Shown here one piece after another: positions 17,359 through 23,684 of a stretch of 23,684 nucleotides of DNA; within the stretch, counting starts at the first letter, position 1, and each line of letters opens with the position of its first letter. This DNA comes from Gemmatimonadota bacterium (lineage in GTDB: Bacteria > Gemmatimonadota > Gemmatimonadetes > Longimicrobiales > Gaopeijiaceae). The notes below the pieces were generated by a model. The model did not search any database, was not told where the DNA came from, and saw only the letters and a program-made list of their open reading frames with translations. The DNA lies in contig JBDHHQ010000068.1 in the NCBI GenBank assembly GCA_039589315.1, positions 1 to 23,684 of the forward strand. The letters are read 5' to 3'. A program made the translations under genes and the position numbers.

Positions 17359-17431
<73 letters not shown>

Positions 17432-17471
17432 GACCTCATCTTCTCGGGCGAATCAGACTCGTCGCCGTGCA

Positions 17472-17545
17472 TGGGCGCGAGAGGACTCGAACCTCTGACC
17501 TCTACGATGTCAACGTAGCGCTCTAACCAACTGAGCTACGCGCCC
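17472..17545 (-). tRNA. tRNA-Val(GAC)
   Basis: Anticodon arm CTACG-TTGACAT-CGTAG. Confidence 0.95.
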
Positions 17546-17580
17546 TCTCGACCCGCTCCCCGTGCTCGGGGAGAACAATA

Positions 17581-17654
17581 CGCGCCCGGGAGGACTCGAA
17601 CCCCCAACCTCCTGGTCCGTAGCCAGACGCTCTATCCAATTGAGCTACGGGCGC
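17581..17654 (-). tRNA. tRNA-Arg(ACG)
   Basis: Anticodon arm TCTGG-CTACGGA-CCAGG. Confidence 0.95.
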
Positions 17655-17697
17655 ACGCTGTGATCTGTTCCGTCGACTCGGTCGACCGCCCCATACG

Positions 17698-17838
17698 GTG
17701 GGACTTTTGGCTAAGCGATTCGGTGCAGATCAAGGCGGGCAAGGCGAGCGAGTGAGGCGTACTGCGCTACGCCGCAACGAGCCGAGTCCGCAGCCCAACG
17801 CCGAGCCTGCGCCAAATATCGACGCCAAAAGTGCCCAC
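17698..17838. repeat. ~140-nt long imperfect palindrome (MITE/REP-like element)
   Basis: Ends GTGGG-ACTTTTGGC / GCCAAAAGTGCCCAC; nested pairings CGAT/ATCG, GGTGCAG/CTGCGCC, GGCG/CGCC; apical GGCGTA/TACGCC. Confidence 0.7.
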
Positions 17839-17915
17839 GACAGGACTCGAACCTGTACGCCGTTTCCGACACTGGTCCCTCAAACCAGCCTGTCTACCAA
17901 TTCCAGCACGTGGGC
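17832..17915 (-). tRNA. tRNA-Leu(GAG)
   Basis: Anticodon arm CTGGT-TTGAGGG-ACCAG; variable arm; A73. Confidence 0.95.
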
Positions 17916-17973
17916 AACCTGATCCATCCTGGCCTTGCTGACCGGGTCCCTACCATGCTGGGCCCGGCCAAAA

Positions 17974-18058
17974 TGCTCGGGGAGGGACTCGAACCCTCAC
18001 CGGGGTAACCCCGACAGGATCCTGAATCCTGCGCGTCTACCAATTCCGCCACCCGAGC
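17974..18058 (-). tRNA. tRNA-Leu(CAG)
   Basis: Anticodon arm CAGGA-TTCAGGA-TCCTG; variable arm. Confidence 0.95.
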
Positions 18059-18081
18059 CGGGTTCTCTCAGCGAGAAACAG

Positions 18082-18154
18082 TGGAGCTGAGGGGAATCGA
18101 ACCCCTGACCTCCTGAATGCCATTCAGGCGCTCTCCCAACTGAGCTACAGCCCC
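18082..18154 (-). tRNA. tRNA-Ala(GGC)
   Basis: Anticodon arm CCTGA-ATGGCAT-TCAGG; G3.U70. Confidence 0.95.
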
Positions 18155-18240
18155 AGCGCATTCCGACGACCTGGTCGGTGAGTCGGATGCCCTCCGCTGG
18201 GGTCGGCATCCGTCACCTGCTTTTCAAATCAGCGATCCAG

Positions 18241-18314
18241 CGGGGCTGACGGGACTCGAACCCGCGGCCTCCGGTGTGACAGACCGGCACTCTAACCAAC
18301 TGAGCTACAGCCCC
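18241..18314 (-). tRNA. tRNA-Asp(GTC)
   Basis: Anticodon arm CCGGT-CTGTCAC-ACCGG. Confidence 0.95.
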
Positions 18315-18349
18315 CGTTCCTACGCAGGACCTCGTACCGGCGTCCTCAA

Positions 18350-18421
18350 TGCCCCCACGGGGAATCGAACCCCGGTCTCCACCTTGAAAGAGTGGTGTCC
18401 TAGCCGTTAGACGATGGGGGC
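18350..18421 (-). tRNA. tRNA-Glu(TTC)
   Basis: Anticodon arm CCACT-CTTTCAA-GGTGG. Confidence 0.95.
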
Positions 18422-18452
18422 TCCCAGACAGCGGGAACCGGCCACCTCGACA

Positions 18453-18525
18453 CAGGCCCGGAGGGACTCGAACCCCCAACCGCCGGTTTTGGAGACCGGT
18501 GCTCTACCAATTGAGCTACGGACCT
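18453..18525 (-). tRNA. tRNA-Trp(CCA)
   Basis: Anticodon arm CCGGT-CTCCAAA-ACCGG. Confidence 0.95.
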
Positions 18526-18562
18526 ACGAGCACCCTCTCCGATTCCCCTCGGCGGGTGCTGA

Positions 18563-18635
18563 TGGCTAGGGACGGAATCGAACCGCCGACACCGCGGTTT
18601 TCAGCCGCGTGCTCTACCAACTGAGCTACCTAGCC
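18563..18635 (-). tRNA. tRNA-Phe(GAA)
   Basis: Anticodon arm CGCGG-CTGAAAA-CCGCG. Confidence 0.95.
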
Positions 18636-18636
18636 G

Positions 18637-18671
18637 AAAAAGCCACCCGGGCTCGTGAGCCTCGGGGGGCT
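18637..18671 (-). terminator. Terminator-like hairpin with U-tract immediately before tRNA-Phe
   Basis: Minus strand AGCCCCCCGAGGCT-CACG-AGCCCGGGTGGCT-TTTT. Confidence 0.5.
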
Positions 18672-18812
18672 GCCTGCGGGACTCGCCGGTCGGTCCGTCG
18701 TCCGGTGCGCCCCGCCCGCCCGATCCTTCGGGCCCTTCACAGGTCGGCCCGCACGCGCGGGTACCTGTCCAACGTCACGAAAGCGCCGCCACTGGCGACG
18801 CTTCCTTTCAAA

Positions 18813-18886
<74 letters not shown>

Positions 18887-18898
18887 ACAAGGGGTGTT

Positions 18899-18928
18899 AA
18901 GTTAGTCGCCGTTCCGGGGGAGTGTCAA
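18899..18928 (-). promoter_or_regulatory. Sigma-70-type promoter of the tRNA array
   Basis: TTGACA (18928-18923), 18-nt spacer, TAACTT (18904-18899), 12 nt before tRNA-fMet. Confidence 0.7.
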
Positions 18929-19082
18929 CCCTGACCACCCGCCCTCTCAAACCGGCTTTGTGCATGTCCCGCGCGGGTTTGACCGGGGCTACTGACCGTC
19001 GCCCAGCGGCCCGCGCTCGGCACGAATCACGGGTCTCTGAGCACGGTTGCGCCAACGGCCCCACGACCCCACCCATGAGTCC

Positions 19083-20501
19083 ATGAGCACACCTCTACAC
19101 TACCTGTCCGTCCGCGAGCTCTCGCGCCTGATCCATCGCCGTGACCTGTCGCCGATCGAGCTCTGGGACCACTGCCTCGCGAGGGCAGATACCTTCGACC
19201 CGGACCTGAACGCGTTCCGTCTGATCCCGGGCAACCGGGCCGGAGCTCGAGCCCGGCAAACGGAAACGGCCCTCGGCCGGGGTGAGCCCGCCGGGCCCCT
19301 TCACGGCATACCGTACGCGGTGAAGGACCTGATCGATGTCAAAGGGCTCCCCACGACGGCCGGATCCTCGCTCCTGGCAGACAACATTGCCGGCGCGGAC
19401 GCGGCGGTGGTCGAGCGTCTGGACGCGGCCGGCATGGTGCTGATGGGCAAGACCAACATGGTCCAGTTCGCGTATGGCGGTGCCGGGGTGAACCACGACC
19501 ACGGCACGCCCCGGAACCCGTGGGCGTCCGAGCACCACCTTCCGGGCGGGTCGAGCTCCGGATCCGCGGTCGCCGTCGCTGCCGGCCTGGTCCCCGCCGC
19601 CCTGGGAACCGACACCGGCGGCTCGGTGCGGATTCCTGCCAGCCTGTGTGGCATCACCGGCCTCAAGACGACGGTGGGGCAAGTGAGTCGCGCCGGCGTG
19701 TACCCGCTTTCGAAGAGCCTCGACTCGGTGGGGCCCCTGTGCCGGACTGTCGAGGACGCCGCTCTCCTCTATGCGGCCATGGCGGGGCCTGACCCACGGG
19801 ACGACAGCACCCGTGGCCGCGATCCCCGGGATGTCCTCGGGAATCTAGCGGCCGGCGTGAAGGGCATGCGCATCGCGTTTGCGGAGCGGACGTTCTGGGA
19901 CGATGCGGACCCGGAAGTCGCCGCCGCAGTGCGGGCAGCCGGCAAGGTGCTGGCCGAGCTCGGCGCGCAGGTCGAGTCCATCGAATTCCCCGAAGCAGAG
20001 CGCGCTCGGACGTTGAACCCGAAGGGGCTGGTCATCGCCGCCGAAGCCTACGCCGTGAATCGAGGCTGGGTGGACGATCACCTCGACGAGCTCGACCCCA
20101 TCGTGGGCACCCGGTTGACAGCCGGTCGGTCGATCTCGTCCGCGGACTATCTGGAGACGGTCGATGCGTGGGATCGCCTCCGGGCGGAAACGATGGAGAC
20201 CCTGCGCGGATGGGACGCGCTCCTCTGCCCGACGACACCCATCGCGGCCAAACCCCTCGCAGCGGCCGACGAGGATCTCGAGACCTACCTGGCCCACAAT
20301 CTCCTGTATCTCCGGAACACCACGGTCGGAAACATCCTGGGCCTCTGCGCCCTGAGCGTCCCGTGCGGGTTCACATCGGAGGGACTTCCCATTGGCCTGA
20401 TGATCTACGGCGCAGGGTTCTCGGAGGACCTGATCCTCCAGGTGGGCCATGCCTACCAGGAGGCCACCGATTGGCATCGCCGAGTCCCTCCCCTGGACTA
20501 G
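19083..20501 (+). CDS. Amidase-signature family enzyme (GatA-like amidase)
   Basis: Ser-cisSer-Lys triad motifs YAVKD, GGSSSGS and GTDTGGSVRIPA; probable start ATG 19083. Confidence 0.9.
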   Translation: MSTPLHYLSVRELSRLIHRRDLSPIELWDHCLARADTFDPDLNAFRLIPGNRAGARARQTETALGRGEPAGPLHGIPYAVKDLIDVKGLPTTAGSSLLADNIAGADAAVVERLDAAGMVLMGKTNMVQFAYGGAGVNHDHGTPRNPWASEHHLPGGSSSGSAVAVAAGLVPAALGTDTGGSVRIPASLCGITGLKTTVGQVSRAGVYPLSKSLDSVGPLCRTVEDAALLYAAMAGPDPRDDSTRGRDPRDVLGNLAAGVKGMRIAFAERTFWDDADPEVAAAVRAAGKVLAELGAQVESIEFPEAERARTLNPKGLVIAAEAYAVNRGWVDDHLDELDPIVGTRLTAGRSISSADYLETVDAWDRLRAETMETLRGWDALLCPTTPIAAKPLAAADEDLETYLAHNLLYLRNTTVGNILGLCALSVPCGFTSEGLPIGLMIYGAGFSEDLILQVGHAYQEATDWHRRVPPLD

Positions 20502-20867
20502 ACGGGCATAGACGCGGCCGCCCGGTGGGCGATGCGTCACCCGGCTCGGGCTTACCCCGAGCCCAAGCCGGCGATCGCGCTAGCGCCCGGCGGGAGCCAC
20601 GGTCGACGAGGCTCGTCCCCCGAAACCGGTGCGAACCGGCTGCTGTCGAACGACGCCCGAGAGCCCGTCCTCTGCAACTTTTTCGCCCCGAAGCGAGTCG
20701 TATTGGATGTGCGGGGTGTTTCCGCACGCCGATGTGGGTGACGCCGTGGTGGCGCCGGGGGCGGACTGTAGTCTCCGAGCGGCAGTTACGTATACCCACT
20801 TGGTGCGTCCAGGGGGATGCGCCGCAGGCGCTATGGGGATGACGTGGACGACGGGAGGAGGCGCGCC

Positions 20868-20918
20868 ATGACGAGGTGTGTTGAGTGGTGGCTGATGCGG
20901 AGGAGGTGGTGCCGATGA
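20868..20918 (+). CDS. Candidate 16-aa leader peptide MTRCVEWWLMRRRWCR
   Basis: GGAGGAGG SD ending 6 nt before ATG 20868; the stop overlaps the regulator start as ATGA. Confidence 0.35.
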   Translation: MTRCVEWWLMRRRWCR

Positions 20919-21679
20919 TTGCTCCGGTGCGGTCGGTTGCGGCAGGGCGATTGCGGGAGGCGAGACCCGGGGCATCCATCTCCACCGTTCTGGTGGGGTG
21001 TGGGCGGCTGACCCATGCCCTCGGTCTTGCCCTGGAAGAGGAGGGCGTAAGGGCATACGGCTTCGAGAGATCGGTGCATGCCCTGGACGAGGTCAGCCGG
21101 TTCCCTCCGACGTTCGTGGTCGTGGGAACCTGGATCACGGACCAAGACCCCTTCGACTTCCTGGCGAAGCTCCGAGGCATGAATCCAGAGATGGGGGTCC
21201 TGTTTCTGGCGGACAGGGCCGACCGTCAGCTCGCCACCGAGGCTCTGATGCGAGGGGCCGACGACGTACTACCCCCGCCCCATTCCGTGTCCGCCATCCT
21301 GCTGCGGGCCCAGGTGCTGGCGAACCGGCAGAGGATCGCCCCACCTGCGAATGGCAGAGAGGCGGGCGATCAGGTGCGGGTCGGTCATTTCAAGATCGAC
21401 ATGAGCAGCCGACGGGTGCTGCACGGCGACGCGCCGGTCTCGCTGACCGGACGCGAGTTCGAACTCCTGAATCGGCTCATACGGGCAGGTGGCCGTGTGG
21501 TCAGTAGAGAAGAGCTCATGGAGGACATCTGGGGTGGCTCGCCCCGGGAGGGCGTGCTCGATGCCACCATCCATCGGCTTCGGAAGAAGCTCGAGAAGAA
21601 CCTGTCCGAGCCCCGGTTCGTCACGACGGTGCGGGGAATCGGGTACCGTCTCGAGGTAGGGGCGTTGGCCACGGGCTGA
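20915..21679 (+). CDS. OmpR/PhoB-family winged-helix regulator with degenerate receiver domain
   Basis: AGGAGG SD at 20901-20906; C-terminal LTGREFELL...VVSREELMEDIWG...LDATIHRLRKKLE...TVRGIGYR. Confidence 0.85.
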   Translation: MIAPVRSVAAGRLREARPGASISTVLVGCGRLTHALGLALEEEGVRAYGFERSVHALDEVSRFPPTFVVVGTWITDQDPFDFLAKLRGMNPEMGVLFLADRADRQLATEALMRGADDVLPPPHSVSAILLRAQVLANRQRIAPPANGREAGDQVRVGHFKIDMSSRRVLHGDAPVSLTGREFELLNRLIRAGGRVVSREELMEDIWGGSPREGVLDATIHRLRKKLEKNLSEPRFVTTVRGIGYRLEVGALATG

Positions 21680-21701
21680 GCGTGGGAGGCGGCGCTCGAG
21701 T

Positions 21702-21738
21702 GACGGCGGTCCCGGGTCTCTCGGCCGGGACCGCCGTC
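21702..21738 (+). terminator. GC-rich hairpin downstream of the regulator
   Basis: 14-bp stem GACGGCGGTCCCGG/CCGGGACCGCCGTC; no U-tract. Confidence 0.55.
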
Positions 21739-21808
21739 CCCGTTCCGGGATGGCCCTACCGAGCCCCCAGGGGCCGCGCTATGTTTGTGGTCCCTTGATA
21801 CCGGGGGA

Positions 21809-21882
21809 CGGGACGTGGCGCAGCCCGGTAGCGCACCTGAATGGGGTTCAGGGGGTCGCCGGTTCGAATCCGGCCGTCCCGA
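21809..21882 (+). tRNA. tRNA-Pro(GGG), probable integration site
   Basis: CGGGACG/CGTCCCG acceptor; anticodon arm CCTGA-ATGGGGT-TCAGG. Confidence 0.95.
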
Positions 21883-21894
21883 CTGTTAGAGGTT

Positions 21895-21927
21895 GAAGCC
21901 CTGCAACGACTTGCGTTGTGGGGCTTC
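21895..21927. terminator. Hairpin between tRNA-Pro and the convergent integrase
   Basis: GAAGCCC-TGCAACG...CGTTGTG-GGGCTTC. Confidence 0.6.
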
Positions 21928-21976
21928 TCTCGTCCCGGACCCGGTGGTGTGAGTTTTGTTGTGAGTTTCCTCACGC

Positions 21977-23146
21977 CTAGGGACTTGAAACGCGCTGCGT
22001 CGGGTGGAACACCACCTTCCGCACAGTCTCAGCGTCGGCCTGTTGGTACGCCCTGAGCACCGTTTGCTCATCCCGCCAACCGCCAGCCACCGCCACGTCC
22101 TTGAGCGGGTAACCCTTACGCTCCGTGACCCACTTCCGACGGATGGGGTGCCAGAGCCCGCCTGGCCGGGGTCTCATCTTCGCCTTCCGGTAGGCTCGCC
22201 GCAGCCAGTCGTCCAGCAGGTGCCGGCTGCAAGGTCTCGTGGGATCCCTCGGAGCCGGGAAGACCGGTGTATTGCCGATCGACTGCTGACTCCGCCGTAA
22301 TCCCCGCAAAGCCCCGCTGACCGCATCGCTCATCGGAGCGACCTGCTCGTACCCCATCTTGTCGTGCTTCGCTCGCCAACGGATGGTGCCAGCCCTGAAA
22401 TCGACGTCCTCCCATCGGAGCGTCCGCACAGCGGAGATCCGACGGCCCGTTCCTTCGGCCAACACGAGGGCGACCTCAAGGAGCGAGTGCACGCTGTCTG
22501 CCACCTTCAGAAGGCGCAGGTACTCGTCGTGCCTCATCACCGGTTGCCGAGGATTCGCCTCCCGAGGAAGGCTCACGCCCGCGAGGGGGTTCTCACTCAG
22601 CAACCGATCCCCCACGCGAGTCCGCTCCCCGGCTGCCCAGCGAAGCGCCGATACCAGACAAACCAGATCGGCTTGGACCGTTCGGTCGCGAATCCGCTCG
22701 CCAGGGACCACCGCAACGAGAGAGGCATCCCCCCGGCGTCGCGCAACGACGAAACGCGCCACGTCGGACTCGCACAGGCTCTTCACATTACGGTCCTGAC
22801 CGAGGAACGCGACCACCCTCTTCAGCTTCGTGGCATCGTCGCGCTGAGTACGCTTCTTCTTCCTCTCGTGCCTTGGGCTTTCCAGATAGAGCCTCGCCAG
22901 CAATCCAAGCGTGAGGCTTTCCTGGTCGATCGCCGTCTCGTTCGCGAGTAGCGCGCTGAGCAGCTGGTACGCTTGTCGGATGGCCACCTCTCGATCGCGG
23001 TGCCCTAAGCTCTTCCGATCCTCCTTTCCGTTGATGTAGACCGACCGCATGATGGGGCCGCCGGGTCTCGCCTCGTAGAGTCGAACTCGGTGCCCCCGTT
23101 CGCCGATGGACCTCGACCAGCACCGTCCAAGTTTCCTCTTCGTCAT
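21977..23146 (-). CDS. Tyrosine recombinase / phage-type integrase
   Basis: Catalytic set R (GTGRRISA), K (HDK), HxxR (WHPIRR), W (GGW), Y (RAY). Confidence 0.9.
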   Translation of the reverse strand: MTKRKLGRCWSRSIGERGHRVRLYEARPGGPIMRSVYINGKEDRKSLGHRDREVAIRQAYQLLSALLANETAIDQESLTLGLLARLYLESPRHERKKKRTQRDDATKLKRVVAFLGQDRNVKSLCESDVARFVVARRRGDASLVAVVPGERIRDRTVQADLVCLVSALRWAAGERTRVGDRLLSENPLAGVSLPREANPRQPVMRHDEYLRLLKVADSVHSLLEVALVLAEGTGRRISAVRTLRWEDVDFRAGTIRWRAKHDKMGYEQVAPMSDAVSGALRGLRRSQQSIGNTPVFPAPRDPTRPCSRHLLDDWLRRAYRKAKMRPRPGGLWHPIRRKWVTERKGYPLKDVAVAGGWRDEQTVLRAYQQADAETVRKVVFHPTQRVSSP

Positions 23147-23394
23147 GGAAACTCTCTCCGGAGTCTGGCGATGTCCTGGGCATCGGCGTTGGGATCATAC
23201 TGAGTGCTGCTCTGGGCATCAAATCTATGGAGATCGCCCCGCCGGATCCTGTGCCGACCTCGCCCGCTCGGGCGCCGATCCGGCAACTCACCGCGGCGCA
23301 CCTGGCGGCGGATGGTCTCGCTGCAGACACCGACTGTTCGAGCTGCCTCGTTCACACCGATTTCCGTATCGAGCCAGGCGGTCGCGGCGGTCAC
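23143..23394 (-). CDS. Excisionase-like helix-turn-helix protein, possibly 5'-truncated
   Basis: IGVNEAARTVGVCSETIRRQVRRGELP HTH; stop overlaps the integrase ATG (ATGA). Confidence 0.7.
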   Translation of the reverse strand: MTAATAWLDTEIGVNEAARTVGVCSETIRRQVRRGELPDRRPSGRGRHRIRRGDLHRFDAQSSTQYDPNADAQDIARLRREFP

Positions 23395-23684
23395 TAGTAC
23401 ACCGTTTCGGAAGTTCGATGACGTATTCTCATGCGGCCGCCTTGAGCGAGGAAGTGCTGGAGTCGGCCCAGTGAGCCATGAGACGGTCGAGGTCGGAGCG
23501 CGTGAACCTCCACTCGAACGGCTTGGCGACTTTCTGATAGTGATGCTGGAAGCCGACGATACGAGCGGCGACCTCCTCCTGGGATCGGAAGTCCGAGGGC
23601 GTGAGCGCTTTGCGCTGGAGCACAGAGAAGTAGATCTCGATCTGGTTGAGCCAGCTGGCGTGGGTGGGCAGATGCACGAGCGAG
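23395..23684 (-). mobile_element. IS630-family insertion sequence, 3' end
   Basis: Transposase C-terminus followed about 30 nt later by ...GGTGTACTAG, containing the TA target typical of IS630. Confidence 0.75.
23429..23684 (-). CDS. IS630-family DDE transposase, C-terminal part (runs off the right edge)
   Basis: HLPTHASWLNQIEIYFSVLQRK...KPFEW.FT motif. Confidence 0.9.
   Translation of the reverse strand, partial: SLVHLPTHASWLNQIEIYFSVLQRKALTPSDFRSQEEVAARIVGFQHHYQKVAKPFEWRFTRSDLDRLMAHWADSSTSSLKAAA

Larger units (their letters stand above)
21883..23684. mobile_element. Left end of a tRNA-Pro(GGG)-integrated element (prophage or genomic island), continuing beyond the window
   Basis: Tyrosine integrase and Xis-like gene directly 3' of the tRNA; short direct repeats next to the attachment region. 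Confidence 0.75.

Noticed and set aside
19083..20501. gatA assignment, tempting because it lies beside a tRNA array
   Set aside because: No gatC/gatB adjacent, and only general amidase-signature motifs are visible.
20673..20703. ECF-like promoter TGCAAC...GTCGTAT upstream of the regulator
   Set aside because: The spacer is 1 nt longer than consensus and there is no independent support; too weak to call.

Overview
High-GC bacterial chromosomal window; the Oar-like TonB receptor, ADOP-type permease and gene style suggest Gemmatimonadota or a similar diderm, which is an inference. From left to right: a partial STAS/SpoIIAA-like gene, a GT-C-like membrane protein, an anti-sigma/divergent ECF sigma pair and an ABC/AAA ATPase. 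Next is a divergent five-gene locus: a ComEC-type metallo-beta-lactamase lipoprotein opposite two non-catalytic OB-fold-repeat lipoproteins, an Oar-like TonB-dependent transporter and a MacB/FtsX permease. I read this as a candidate extracellular nucleic-acid capture and utilisation system. Then comes a minus-strand array of 17 intact tRNAs. It contains two tRNA-Pro(CGG)-derived copies, each split in the T-loop by a related ~86-90 nt insert, plus a long palindromic element and antisense flanks. The window ends with an amidase, an atypical (pseudo-receiver) OmpR-type regulator with a Trp/Arg-rich uORF, and tRNA-Pro(GGG) followed by the edge of an integrative element (tyrosine integrase, Xis-like HTH, IS630 end). 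All product calls come from motif recognition by eye; no database search was run.
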